A stretch of 64,000 nt of DNA from Alphaproteobacteria bacterium (lineage in GTDB: Bacteria > Pseudomonadota > Alphaproteobacteria > Bin95). Where the stretch lies: NCBI GenBank assembly GCA_022826185.1, contig JAJDVH010000145.1:2951-66950 (forward strand), in the 5' to 3' direction. The notes under the pieces are model-generated. The model saw nothing but the letters and a program-made list of their open reading frames with translations, did not search any database and was not told where the DNA came from. This document shows positions 42,345-51,989 of this stretch, one piece after another; position 1 is the stretch's first letter; each line of letters opens with the position of its first letter. Both the position numbers and the translations under genes were made by a program.

Positions 42345-43295
42345 CTAGAGTCCGAGTTCTTCCATGGCGGCCTTGGCCAGGGCGTAGTTCTCCTTGAGCT
42401 GCTTGTCCCAGACCTTCCAGCCGGCGACGCTTTCTTCGGGGTCGAGGCCGGAGGCCTTGAGATACCCGCCGAAGGTCTTGTGCTTCATGGCCTTGCTCAG
42501 GGCATCGGAGAGCTTCTGGATGATCGGTTCGGGCGTACCGGCCTTCACGGCATAGCCGCGGGTCGTGGACGTCTTGACCGGATAGCCGAGTTCGAAGGTC
42601 GTCGGCACATCCGGGTAGCCGCCAAGGCGCTTGTCGTTCATCACCGCAAGCGGCCGGAAGGTCCCGTCCTGCACCTGCGTCAGCGCCTCGGAGACATTCG
42701 GCAGGGTGGCGTCGATGGCCCCCGACATCAGCGCCTGCACCATCTGCGCGCCGCTGCCGAACGGCACCGCCTTCTGCTTGATGCCGGCCACCTTCGCGAA
42801 TTGCAGCAGGCCGATATGCTCGGTCGAGCCGATCTCGCCGACGCCCCAGTTGAGCGCCTTCTCCTTCGACGCGGCGATCAGCTCCTCCAGCGTCTGGTAG
42901 GGGCTGTCCTTGTGGACGGTGATGAAGGTCGGGTCGTCCATGGCGCGGGCGACGCCCACCATGTCGTCGATCTCCATGCCGCCCTTGCCGCGCGCGATGG
43001 TGTAGAGGTGGGTCTGCGTCAGCGCCATCAGCGTGTAGCCGTCCGCGGGCTTGCCGTTCACATAGGCCTGCGCCGCCGCGCCGCCGCCGCCGCGCTTGGC
43101 GACGACAACCATGTCGGTGTCGAGATTGCGGCGCGAGCGGATCATCATCATCCGGGCGGTCGTGTCGGTGCCGCCTCCATACTTGGCGTGGATGACCACT
43201 TCGATGGTCTTGCCCCCGGGAAAGTCGTCAGCGGCGCCTGCGGGCAGCGCCAGCATGCCCGCAAGGGCCACTCCGGTCAGGACGGACTTCAACAT
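42345..43295 (-). CDS. tctC: tripartite tricarboxylate transporter substrate-binding protein TctC (Bug family)
   Basis: Signal peptide. Bug/TctC pattern. Confidence 0.8.
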   Translation of the reverse strand: MLKSVLTGVALAGMLALPAGAADDFPGGKTIEVVIHAKYGGGTDTTARMMMIRSRRNLDTDMVVVAKRGGGGAAAQAYVNGKPADGYTLMALTQTHLYTIARGKGGMEIDDMVGVARAMDDPTFITVHKDSPYQTLEELIAASKEKALNWGVGEIGSTEHIGLLQFAKVAGIKQKAVPFGSGAQMVQALMSGAIDATLPNVSEALTQVQDGTFRPLAVMNDKRLGGYPDVPTTFELGYPVKTSTTRGYAVKAGTPEPIIQKLSDALSKAMKHKTFGGYLKASGLDPEESVAGWKVWDKQLKENYALAKAAMEELGL

Positions 43296-43376
43296 CGGGG
43301 CTTCTCCTCTCGTCGGGAAAATTGCCGGCCCCGCCCTGCGGGGCCGACCGTAACGGGACGCCGGCGGGGTGTGCGG

Positions 43377-44615
43377 CTACTCCGCGGCCTGGGCGGCGCG
43401 GGGCGGCCAGTCGACCTGGCGGCGCATCTCGAGCCGCGCGATCTGCTGGCGATGCACCTCGTCCGGGCCGTCGGCGAAGCGCAGCGCCCGCATTCTCGAC
43501 CACATGAAGGAGAGCTTGAACGCCTGGCTCATCGCGCCGCCGCCATGGGCCTGCATGGCGTCGTCGATGACCTGCAGCGCCATGTTCGGCGCCGCCACCT
43601 TTATCATGGCGATTTCCTGCCGCGCGGCCTTGTTGCCCACCGTGTCCATCATGTAGGCGGCCTTGAGCGTCAAGAGGCGGCACATCTCGATATTGATGCG
43701 CGCGTCGGCCACCCGCTCGCGGAAATTGTCGCGGTCGCCGACCGGCGTGCCCCAGGTCACGCGCTCGGTGCCGCGCCGGCACATCATTTCCAGCGCGCGC
43801 TCGGCCACGCCGATGATCCGCATGCAGTGGTGGATGCGGCCGGGGCCGAGGCGGCCCTGCGCGATCTCGAAGCCGCGGCCCTCGCCGAGCAGCATGTTCG
43901 AGGCCGGCACGCGCACATCCTTGAAATCGACCTCGCCATGTCCGTGCGGCGCATCGTCGAAGCCCATCACGTTGAGCATCCGCACGATCTCGATGCCCGG
44001 CGCGTCGGTCGGCACCAGGATCATGGACTGCTGGTTGTAGCGCGGGCCCGTCGGGTCGTTCTTGCCCATGAAGATCAGGATCTTGCAGCGCGGGTCGCCG
44101 ATGCCGGAGGTCCACCATTTGCGCCCGTTGATGACATACTCGTCGCCGTCGCGCTCGATCCGGCTCTCGATATTGGTGGCGTCGGAAGAGGCGACGCGCG
44201 GCTCCGTCATGGCGAAGGCGGAGCGGATTTCACCGGCCAGCAGCGGGTCCAGCCACTGCTTCTTCTGCTCCGGCGTGCCGTAGCGCTCCAGCACCTCCAT
44301 ATTGCCGGTGTCCGGCGCCGAGCAGTTGAACACTTCCGGGGCCCAGTTGATCCGCCCCATCACCTCGCAGACCGGCGCGTATTCGAGGTTGGTGAGCCCG
44401 CCGCCGAGCTCGCTTTCGGGCAGGAAGAGGTTCCAGAGCCCCTCCTCGCGCGCCTTTTCCTTCAGCTCCTCCAGGACCGGGATGACCTTCCAGCGGTTGT
44501 CGCCCTCGTCCAGCTGCTCGTAATAGACCTCCTCGTTCGGATAGACGTAGCGGTCCATGAAGTCCTGGACGCGGCCGACCAGCTCCTTCGTCCGGTCGTT
44601 GTATTCGAAGTCCAT
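43377..44615 (-). CDS. acyl-CoA dehydrogenase family protein
   Basis: ACAD pattern. 412 aa. Confidence 0.8.
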   Translation of the reverse strand: MDFEYNDRTKELVGRVQDFMDRYVYPNEEVYYEQLDEGDNRWKVIPVLEELKEKAREEGLWNLFLPESELGGGLTNLEYAPVCEVMGRINWAPEVFNCSAPDTGNMEVLERYGTPEQKKQWLDPLLAGEIRSAFAMTEPRVASSDATNIESRIERDGDEYVINGRKWWTSGIGDPRCKILIFMGKNDPTGPRYNQQSMILVPTDAPGIEIVRMLNVMGFDDAPHGHGEVDFKDVRVPASNMLLGEGRGFEIAQGRLGPGRIHHCMRIIGVAERALEMMCRRGTERVTWGTPVGDRDNFRERVADARINIEMCRLLTLKAAYMMDTVGNKAARQEIAMIKVAAPNMALQVIDDAMQAHGGGAMSQAFKLSFMWSRMRALRFADGPDEVHRQQIARLEMRRQVDWPPRAAQAAE

Positions 44616-44687
44616 CGGGTTCCCTCTCCGGAGTATGCAATCCGCTCGTTCGACCCTAGCGCAAGACGAGGGCTGCCGGAAGCCGCG

Positions 44688-45698
44688 CTACGCCCTGCCG
44701 GCGAGTTCGCGGACGGCGGCGTAAAGCGCGTCCTCGACCGTGATGCCCTCTTCGGCCGTGCGGGCGCGGTTCGCAAGCCGCCGGTCGCCCGGCAGGCGCG
44801 CATCGCCGTCGGCGAGCAACCGTTCGAACAGCGCCTCGACATGCGCCGCGAACCCGGGGCCTGCGAGCCGGGCCGGATCGATGGCGATGAAGGACTGGCA
44901 GGTGTTGGCGGGCCCGCCGTCATTATTGTAGGCGGCCCTGCTCTCATAGCCGAAGAAGCCGCCGGAGAGGCCTCCGGTCATCAGCTCCACCATGAGCGCG
45001 ATCGCCGAGCCCTTGTAGCCGCCGAACGGCAGCTGCACGCCCTTCAGGATTTCCGCCGGGTCGGTCGTCGGCTGCCCGTCGGGGCCGAGGCCGGCGCCGG
45101 GCGGCGCCTCATGGCCGTCCCGCGCCGCAATCTGGAGCTCCCCGCGCGCGGTCGCCGAGGACGCCTGGTCGAAGGCCATCGGGGGCCGGCCATCGGCGCG
45201 CGGGCAGGCGAACGCCATCGGATTGGTGCCGAACAGGGCCCTGGTGCCGCCCGCAGGCGCCACGAAGCTCTGCGAATTGATGAAGGTGAACGCAATGAAC
45301 CCCTCCTCGGCCAGGGGCTCGATGTCCGGCCACAAGGCGGAGAAATTGAGCGAGTTCCGAAGCGTCATGCAGGCAATGCCCTGGGAGCGGGTCTTCTCCG
45401 CCAGCAGCATGCGCCCGCGCGCGACCGACAGCGGCGCGAGACAGCGCCGCCCGTCTATGGCGACGAGACCCGGAGCGGCATCGACGATGTCAGGTTCCGC
45501 CTGCGGGTCCGTGCTGCCGCTGCGCACCGAGGCGATGAAGCCCGGCAGGCGGAACAGGCCGTGGCTCTTGCAGCCGTCGGCCTCCGCGCGGGTGATGTGG
45601 TCGGCGGTCGCCTCCGCCTGGGCGCGGGAGACGCCCGCACCGGAAAAGGCGTCGAAGGCGAGCGCGCGGCATTCCTTCAGCGAAATCGTAACGGCCAT
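44688..45698 (-). CDS. Ldh2-family (malate/L-lactate/ureidoglycolate dehydrogenase type 2) oxidoreductase
   Basis: Ldh_2 family pattern (HGLFRL..., GGYKGS). Confidence 0.75.
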   Translation of the reverse strand: MAVTISLKECRALAFDAFSGAGVSRAQAEATADHITRAEADGCKSHGLFRLPGFIASVRSGSTDPQAEPDIVDAAPGLVAIDGRRCLAPLSVARGRMLLAEKTRSQGIACMTLRNSLNFSALWPDIEPLAEEGFIAFTFINSQSFVAPAGGTRALFGTNPMAFACPRADGRPPMAFDQASSATARGELQIAARDGHEAPPGAGLGPDGQPTTDPAEILKGVQLPFGGYKGSAIALMVELMTGGLSGGFFGYESRAAYNNDGGPANTCQSFIAIDPARLAGPGFAAHVEALFERLLADGDARLPGDRRLANRARTAEEGITVEDALYAAVRELAGRA

Positions 45699-45775
45699 AC
45701 CCGATCTTCCCCCATGCGATTGCGGAGCCGGCTCCTCAGCATAGACTTGCCGTTTCGCGATGAGGAAGCCGTGAG

Positions 45776-46528
45776 ATGCGTATCCATTCCGAGGACCTTG
45801 GCGGGCATGTGACCCTCGTGCGGATCGAGAACGAGGCGCGCCGCAACGCCATGACCCGGGCGATGATGGTCCGCCTCGCCGATCTCTGGGACGAACTGGA
45901 GGCGGGGCCCGCGCGCGCCATCGTGCTCACCGGCGCGGGCGGCAAGGGGTTCTGCAGCGGGGCGGATGTGTCGGGAGACCTCTCGGCGTCTCCGGAAACG
46001 TCTGCGGCGGTGGCGCGCGCGCTGCTCAAGACGAGGCGCTACCGCAAGCCCATCGTGGCGGCGGTCAATGGCGACTGCGTTGCCGGCGGGGTCGAACTGC
46101 TGATCTCCACCGACCTGCGCGGCGCCGCGCCTCACGCCCGTTTCGGGCTGCCGGAGGTCAAATGGGGCATCTATCCCTTCGGCGGCGCGGCGACCAAGCT
46201 GGTGCGCCAGATCGGCTATGTGCATCTCATGGACATGATCCTGACCGGCCGCCTGCTGGATGCCGAGGAAGCCCGCGCCGTCGGCCTCGTGAACGCGGTG
46301 GTGCCGGCCGGAGAGCTTCTGGACTGGGCGGTGGAGAAGGCGCGGCTGATTGCCGCCAACAGCCCGGCGGCCGTGCAGGCGGTCAAGGAGCAGATCACCG
46401 CCGGGCTGGAGGAATGGACGCTCTCCCAGGAGCCGCGCGAACAGGCTCTGGGCGACCGGGTGCGCGCCGCTCCCGACTTCCGGGAGGGCGTGGCCGCATT
46501 CCTGGAGAAGCGCCGGCCCGAATATTAG
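45776..46528 (+). CDS. enoyl-CoA hydratase/isomerase (crotonase)
   Basis: Crotonase-fold oxyanion motifs (GAGGKGFCSGADV; VNGDCVAGG). Confidence 0.8.
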   Translation: MRIHSEDLGGHVTLVRIENEARRNAMTRAMMVRLADLWDELEAGPARAIVLTGAGGKGFCSGADVSGDLSASPETSAAVARALLKTRRYRKPIVAAVNGDCVAGGVELLISTDLRGAAPHARFGLPEVKWGIYPFGGAATKLVRQIGYVHLMDMILTGRLLDAEEARAVGLVNAVVPAGELLDWAVEKARLIAANSPAAVQAVKEQITAGLEEWTLSQEPREQALGDRVRAAPDFREGVAAFLEKRRPEY

Positions 46529-46607
46529 CCGGCGGCCCATGGACCTGCCCGCCCGCCTGCGCCATATGTTTGCCCCATCCGGCAGTCCGCCGCTAAGGTC
46601 GCCCAGT

Positions 46608-49028
46608 ATGGAACTTCTGCAATATATCGACCGACGCCCGGAGCCCAGAGAGGCGCTGGCGCTTGCCGATTGCGGCGACCTTGAGGGCCTGATGGATGCG
46701 GCGGCCCGGCTGCGCGACCGGCTGCACGGACCCCGGATCAGCTATTCGCGCAAGGTGTTCATCCCCCTGACGCATCTCTGCCGCGACGTCTGCCATTACT
46801 GCACCTTCGCCAAGCCGCCGCGCCGGGGCGAGGCCGCCTACATGACGCCGGAACAGGTGCTCGACATCGCGCGGGCGGGCGCAGCGGCCGGCTGCAAGGA
46901 GGCGCTGTTCACGCTCGGCGACAAGCCGGAGCGGCGCTACCGCGCGGCGCGGGAGGCGCTGGCCGAACTCGGCTACGAAACGACGCTCGACTATCTGAAG
47001 GCGATGGCGAAGCTGGTCTTCGAGGAGACCGGCCTGCTGCCGCACCTCAATCCCGGCCTGATGACGGCGGAAGAACTGGCGGGGCTGCGCGGCGTCTCGG
47101 CCTCGATGGGCATCATGCTGGAGAGCGCCTCGGACCGGCTCTGCGAAAAGGGCATGCCCCACTACGGCTCGCCGGACAAGCTGCCCGCGCGCCGCCTTGA
47201 GACCATCCGGCTCGCGGGCGAGGCGAAGGCGCCGTTCACTTCCGGCATCCTGATCGGCATCGGCGAGACGCGGCAGGAGCGCATCGAGGCGCTGCTGGCG
47301 CTGCGGGACATCGACGACGCCACCGGCGCGGTGCAGGAGATCATCGTCCAGAACTTCCGCGCCAAGCCGGACACGAAGATGGCCGCCGCGCCGGAGCCCG
47401 GCCCGGAAGAACTGCTGTGGACCATCGCCGTTGCGCGGCTGGTCTTCGGCCCGGCCGCCTCGATCCAGGCGCCGCCGAACCTGTCGCCGGGGGCGCTCGG
47501 GCCCATCGTGGCGGCGGGCATCGACGACTGGGGCGGCGTCTCGCCGGTGACGCCGGATTTCGTCAACCCTGAGGCGCCCTGGCCGCATCTGGAGACGCTC
47601 GCGCGCGAGACGGCGAAGGCCGGCAAGCAGCTGGTCGAACGGCTGACGGCCTATCCGCGCTATCTGGACGGTGAGTGGCTGGCGCCGGCCATGCTGACGC
47701 GGGCCCTGCAGCTCTCCGATTCCGATGGACTGGCGCGGCCGGACGACTGGTCGCCGGGCGAGCTGACGGCGCCCGAACCGATCCTGAGGCGGGGCGCGGC
47801 GAGCGCCGATGTCGCGGCGGTCCTTGCGGACGCCGAAGCGGGCGCGCCGCTCGACGAGGCCGGGATCGTGCGGCTGTTCCAGGCCCGCGACGACGATTTC
47901 CACGCCGTTGCCGAGGCGGCCGACCGGGCCCGCGCGCGGCTTGCGGGCGACACCGTCACCTATGTGGTGAACCGCAACATCAACTACACCAATGTCTGCT
48001 ACTTCAAATGCCAGTTCTGCGCCTTCTCGAAGGGCAAGCTCTCCGAGAACCTGCGCGGGCGCCCCTACGACCTCGACCTCGACGAAATCCGACGCCGCGT
48101 GGCCGAGGCCTGGGACCGGGGGGCGACCGAGGTCTGCATGCAGGGCGGCATCCATCCCGACTATACGGGCCGCACCTATCTCGACATCCTGGACGCGGTG
48201 AAGGAGGCCGCGCCCGACATTCATGTCCACGCCTTCACGCCGCTCGAAGTGTTCCAGGGCGCGCACACGCTCGGGGTTTCGGTCGAGTCCTTCCTGCGCG
48301 ACCTGAAGGCGGCCGGCCTCGGCACGCTGCCGGGCACGGCGGCGGAAGTGCTGGACGACGAGGTGCGCCGGATCATATGCCCGGACAAGATCGACACGCA
48401 GCAATGGCTGGATGTCATGGAGACGGCGCACGGGCTCGGCATCCGGTCCACGGCGACGATCATGTACGGCCATGTCGAGCGGCCGGTCCACTGGGCCCGC
48501 CACCTGCTGCGCCTGCGCGCCCTCCAGGCGCGCACGGGCGGCTTCACCGAGTTCGTGCCGCTGCCTTTCGTCCACATGGAGGCGCCGATCTACCTGAAGG
48601 GCCGGGCGCGCAAGGGGCCGACCTTCCGGGAGGCGGTGCTGATGCACGCCGTCGCGCGCCTCGCGCTCGCGCCGCACTTCGTCAACATCCAGACCTCCTG
48701 GGTCAAGATGGGGCCGGAGGGCGTTTCGGCGGCGCTGGCGGCCGGCGCGAACGACCTCGGCGGCACCTTGATGAACGAGAGCATCACCCGCGCCGCCGGC
48801 ACGGTCCACGGGCAGGAAATGGCCCCGCACCGCATGGAGGAGACCATCCGCACGGCCGGGCGCCGGCCGGAGCAGCGCACCACGGATTACGGCCGTCCGC
48901 CGGAATTGCAGGTCCTGCGCTCCCGCCAGGCCGCGCCGCTCGCCGAGGTGGTGGAAACGCCGGCCCGCAAATACGAGCGCGCCGGCCCCCGCACCCTCTA
49001 CCGCCCGGGTTTGACTGCGGCGGAGTAG
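46608..49028 (+). CDS. fbiC: FO synthase (7,8-didemethyl-8-hydroxy-5-deazariboflavin synthase), fused CofG/CofH radical-SAM domains
   Basis: Two radical-SAM CxxxCxxC motifs (CRDVCHYCTF; CYFKCQFCAF). About 800 aa. Confidence 0.85.
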   Translation: MELLQYIDRRPEPREALALADCGDLEGLMDAAARLRDRLHGPRISYSRKVFIPLTHLCRDVCHYCTFAKPPRRGEAAYMTPEQVLDIARAGAAAGCKEALFTLGDKPERRYRAAREALAELGYETTLDYLKAMAKLVFEETGLLPHLNPGLMTAEELAGLRGVSASMGIMLESASDRLCEKGMPHYGSPDKLPARRLETIRLAGEAKAPFTSGILIGIGETRQERIEALLALRDIDDATGAVQEIIVQNFRAKPDTKMAAAPEPGPEELLWTIAVARLVFGPAASIQAPPNLSPGALGPIVAAGIDDWGGVSPVTPDFVNPEAPWPHLETLARETAKAGKQLVERLTAYPRYLDGEWLAPAMLTRALQLSDSDGLARPDDWSPGELTAPEPILRRGAASADVAAVLADAEAGAPLDEAGIVRLFQARDDDFHAVAEAADRARARLAGDTVTYVVNRNINYTNVCYFKCQFCAFSKGKLSENLRGRPYDLDLDEIRRRVAEAWDRGATEVCMQGGIHPDYTGRTYLDILDAVKEAAPDIHVHAFTPLEVFQGAHTLGVSVESFLRDLKAAGLGTLPGTAAEVLDDEVRRIICPDKIDTQQWLDVMETAHGLGIRSTATIMYGHVERPVHWARHLLRLRALQARTGGFTEFVPLPFVHMEAPIYLKGRARKGPTFREAVLMHAVARLALAPHFVNIQTSWVKMGPEGVSAALAAGANDLGGTLMNESITRAAGTVHGQEMAPHRMEETIRTAGRRPEQRTTDYGRPPELQVLRSRQAAPLAEVVETPARKYERAGPRTLYRPGLTAAE

Positions 49029-49189
49029 GGTCTGCGGCGCGCGGCGCTGCGCGGGCCGGGCAAAGCAACGGCAGCGAGTATGAACCGACAAGCCGTTCCC
49101 GCCGTCCGGGACGGCGGCGGAGACCCCCTGCGAGGATGTCATGTTTTGTCATGTTCCGTCATGCGGCCCTCCCGAAATGTCATGTTTTG

Positions 49190-49297
49190 TCATGCGGGAC
49201 CGTCTCCACCGGGCTGTGCGGCCAGGGCTCCCGCGGCGGGCGCGAGCCTTGCGGCCAGCATCGCCGCCAGTTGGGGGCGAGGGTCGGTTTCGGTCAT
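49190..49297 (-). CDS. repeat-encoded small ORF (35 aa) with strong SD AAGGAGG
   Basis: MTETDPRPQLAAMLAARLAPAAG.... The N-terminal 20 aa are conserved in copy 2, partly in copy 3. C-termini diverge. Confidence 0.3.
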   Translation of the reverse strand: MTETDPRPQLAAMLAARLAPAAGALAAQPGGDGPA

Positions 49298-49531
49298 GCA
49301 TGCCTCCTTTCGGGCAAAGGGCGGGACAGGGGTGTCCCTGTTTTGCGCGCGTTTCGCGTGCGGGCGCGGGCGGGTGTCGGCGCCGGCGCGGTTCGCGCGC
49401 CTGATTGCGCGCGCGAGACGCAGGACGCACCTCTCGCGCTTGCTCACGCCGGGGGCTTTTTCGGCCCCCAGCCGGTCGCTTTCTGCAGAAACGCCGAAAG
49501 GCGGCCCCGGAAGCCGCCTCTCTCTACTTTC

Positions 49532-49558
49532 ATCATACACCAGACCGCCAAATGTCAA
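49532..49558 (-). promoter_or_regulatory. sigma70-like promoter in repeat copy 1 (TTGACA-N15-TATGAT)
   Basis: Conserved position in all three repeat copies. Spacer 15 nt, slightly short. Confidence 0.35.
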
Positions 49559-49813
49559 GCCCGGCCAGGAACAAAAAATGAAATATCCGGACATTTTTCA
49601 TGGGTCGCCGGTTGAAACGAAGCCCGGACCCGATCCGGAACCCTGACCCGCGCCACCGCCGCAGCCAGTGGACAGCGGGCTCAAACGCCGAAGCGCCCGT
49701 TGGTATTATCCATCTATCCGGTCTGTACCGCCGAACGCCCTCAACATGAGTCTTGGATCGCGACCGCTGATATTACGCAACTCTACCGCCGAGCGGCGCG
49801 GCTTCCCGCCGAA

Positions 49814-51406
49814 TCACGCCCCCGCCAGGATCATCTCCGCGGCCTTCTCGCCGATCATGATGGAGGGGGCGTTGGTGTTGCCGGAGGTGAGGGTGGGCAT
49901 GATCGAGGCGTCGGCGACGCGCAGCCCCTCCATGCCGTGGACGCGGAGCCGGTCGTCCACCACCGCCATCGGGTCGGAGCCCATCTTGCAGGTGCCGACC
50001 GGGTGGTAGGTGGTCTCGGCATTCTCCATCACCCAGGCGATCAGCTCGTCGTCGCCTTCCAGCTTCTCTCCGGGCGCCATTTCCTCGCCGACGATGCCCT
50101 CCAGCGCCGGCGCGCCCATCAACTGGCGGGTCATGCGCATGCCGCCCAGCGTGATCTCCCGGTCGATCTCGGCGGAGAGGAAGTTGAAGCGGATTTCCGG
50201 CGGCGCGGCCGGGTCTGCCGAGGCCGCATGGATGCTGCCCGTGCTTTCCGAGCGCAGCGGATGGGTGATGACCGTGATCCCCGATTCCTTCGCCAGCTTG
50301 AAATTCGGGGTGGCGAGGAAGGGAATGAACGACATCATGGCGTCGGGACTGGCAAGGCCCGGCCGGGTGCGGATATAGGCGCGGACCGGCGAGGCCGGCA
50401 GGCTCAGCAGGCCCGACTGGGCGCCCGCGAATTTCAGCGCCTGCCAGACGAGGCCGAGGCCGCGCGCCCTGTCATTGTAGGTCAGGCCCTTTGCGGGCAC
50501 GCGCCATTTCATGCGCGGCGCGTAATGGTCCCGCAGGTTCTCGCCGACGCCCGCGAGCTCGTGGACGACGGGGATGCCGAGCGCGTTGAGCCGGTCCGGC
50601 TGGCCGATGCCGGAGACCTCCAGCAATTGCGGCGAGGCGACGGCGCCCGCGCTTACCACGACCTCGGCGTCGGCATGGGCCTCATGCACCTCGCCGCCGC
50701 GCCGGTAGCGCACGCCGGTGCAGCGCCGGCCCTCGAACAGCAGCGCCTCCGTCGCGGCATTGGCGCGGATGTCGAGGTTGTGCCGCGAGCGCACCGGGTC
50801 GAGGTAGCAATGCGCCGTGCTCATGCGCCGCCCGCCGGAGATCGACGCCTGCGTCATGCCGATGCCGTCCTGCGAGGCGCCGTTATAGTCGGCATTCCAG
50901 GCGAGGCCGATTTCCCGCCCTGCGCCGATGATCGCGTCGTAGAGGGGGCCGCTCTCGGTTAGGTCGGAGACCTTCAGCGGGCCGTTGCGGCCGCGATATT
51001 CGTCCTCGCCGCCGGCATAGCTCTCCATCTTGCGGAACAGCGGCAGCACGTCGCGGTAGGACCAGCCGCGATTGCCGAGCTGCGCCCAGCCGTCGAAATC
51101 CTCCGCCTGGCCGCGCACGAACACCATGCCGTTGATGGCCGACGAGCCGCCGAGCAGCCGCCCGCGCGGCACGGGAATGCGCCGCCCGCCGGTGCTCTCC
51201 TCGGGTTCGGAGGAGTAGAGCCAGTTGGCGGCGGGGTTGTCGATCAGCCGCGCGAAGCCCACGGGGATGCGCGACCAGGGATGGCTCGACCGGCCCGCCT
51301 CCAGCAGCAGCACGCGCTTCGCCGGGTCCGCCGACAGCCGGTTCGCCAGCGCCGACCCCGCAGACCCCGCCCCCACGACGATATAGTCGAACCGCTCTTC
51401 CGCCAT
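49814..51406 (-). CDS. GMC family oxidoreductase (choline dehydrogenase-like)
   Basis: FAD-binding GAGSAGS N-terminus. GMC signatures. Start at MAEERFD. Confidence 0.85.
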   Translation of the reverse strand: MAEERFDYIVVGAGSAGSALANRLSADPAKRVLLLEAGRSSHPWSRIPVGFARLIDNPAANWLYSSEPEESTGGRRIPVPRGRLLGGSSAINGMVFVRGQAEDFDGWAQLGNRGWSYRDVLPLFRKMESYAGGEDEYRGRNGPLKVSDLTESGPLYDAIIGAGREIGLAWNADYNGASQDGIGMTQASISGGRRMSTAHCYLDPVRSRHNLDIRANAATEALLFEGRRCTGVRYRRGGEVHEAHADAEVVVSAGAVASPQLLEVSGIGQPDRLNALGIPVVHELAGVGENLRDHYAPRMKWRVPAKGLTYNDRARGLGLVWQALKFAGAQSGLLSLPASPVRAYIRTRPGLASPDAMMSFIPFLATPNFKLAKESGITVITHPLRSESTGSIHAASADPAAPPEIRFNFLSAEIDREITLGGMRMTRQLMGAPALEGIVGEEMAPGEKLEGDDELIAWVMENAETTYHPVGTCKMGSDPMAVVDDRLRVHGMEGLRVADASIMPTLTSGNTNAPSIMIGEKAAEMILAGA

Positions 51407-51819
51407 GTCGATTTCCTCCCCCGGTGCCCGTCGGCTCCGCCCGCTGGACCGAAAGTCCTCCAGATTGGACCGTATTTCGGCCCTGTCCACAATTCTCAAG
51501 CAAGCCCGCAAGGACGGGACTGCAAGCTAACTGTACACACGCCAGGCAATTGCGACGACAAGGGCGAGTAGGATCCCGATCATCCAGAGCAACTGGCGGA
51601 GCGAGCGCTTGAGCGCAGCGAAAGCCGGGTCGAAGCTATTCTCGGCTGCCGCGTTTCTGGCCGGTTTCACGCCTTTCCCATCCGCCACGTTGCCCCCTTC
51701 CTCCAAATCCCGGCTCAATATCGATTCAGTTATACCCGCGGTCGTCGACCGGAACCCATGACAGATTCGACGCCTGCCGCCCGATCGCCCCCTTCCGTCA
51801 TGCCCGAACGCCCCTCTCC

Positions 51820-51905
51820 GTCATGCCCGGACTTGTTCCGGGCATCCATGCGGCCGTGCGGCGGAAGCGGTGGAGGGGGATGCCCGGAACAAGTCCGGGC
51901 ATGAC
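51820..51905. repeat. pair of near-identical 10-bp-stem palindromes (CATGCCCGGA-N5-TCCGGGCATG) in opposite orientation, about 30 bp apart
   Basis: GTCATGCCCGGACTTGTTCCGGGCATCC at 51820-51847 and its reverse complement at 51878-51905. Lies between repeat copy 2 and the GMC oxidoreductase gene. Confidence 0.5.
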
Positions 51906-51989
51906 GTGAAGGGGCATGACAGGAGAAGGCGCGGCGTGAAGAGGGCCGGGGCGGCGGTTGGGGGCGTGCGCGGCAAGGACCCCTGCGAG

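Larger units (their letters stand above)
49100..49620. repeat. copy 1 of a ~400-550-bp intergenic repeat element (promoter, structured leader, small ORF, GTCATG repeats on minus strand)
   Basis: About 85-90% identical core shared with the copies at about 52.0 kb and 62.0 kb. Confidence 0.6.

Noticed and set aside
42480-45812. 1110-aa plus-strand ORF
   Set aside because: Antisense across tctC, acyl-CoA dehydrogenase and Ldh2-family genes. Low-complexity Arg/Ala/Gly-rich translation. Artefact of GC content.
46593-49142. 849-aa minus-strand ORF
   Set aside because: Antisense to fbiC, whose radical-SAM motifs make the plus-strand call unambiguous.
49125-49200. TGTCATG-N4-TGTCATG direct repeats as an alphaproteobacterial LexA (SOS) box
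   Set aside because: Alphaproteobacterial LexA sites are GTTC-N7-GTTC / GAAC-N7-GAAC direct repeats. Spacing and half-site sequence here do not fit.
51527-51718. 63-aa ORF with one TM helix upstream of the GMC oxidoreductase
   Set aside because: Could be a genuine small membrane subunit, but there is no supporting motif or SD that I could verify. Left unannotated.
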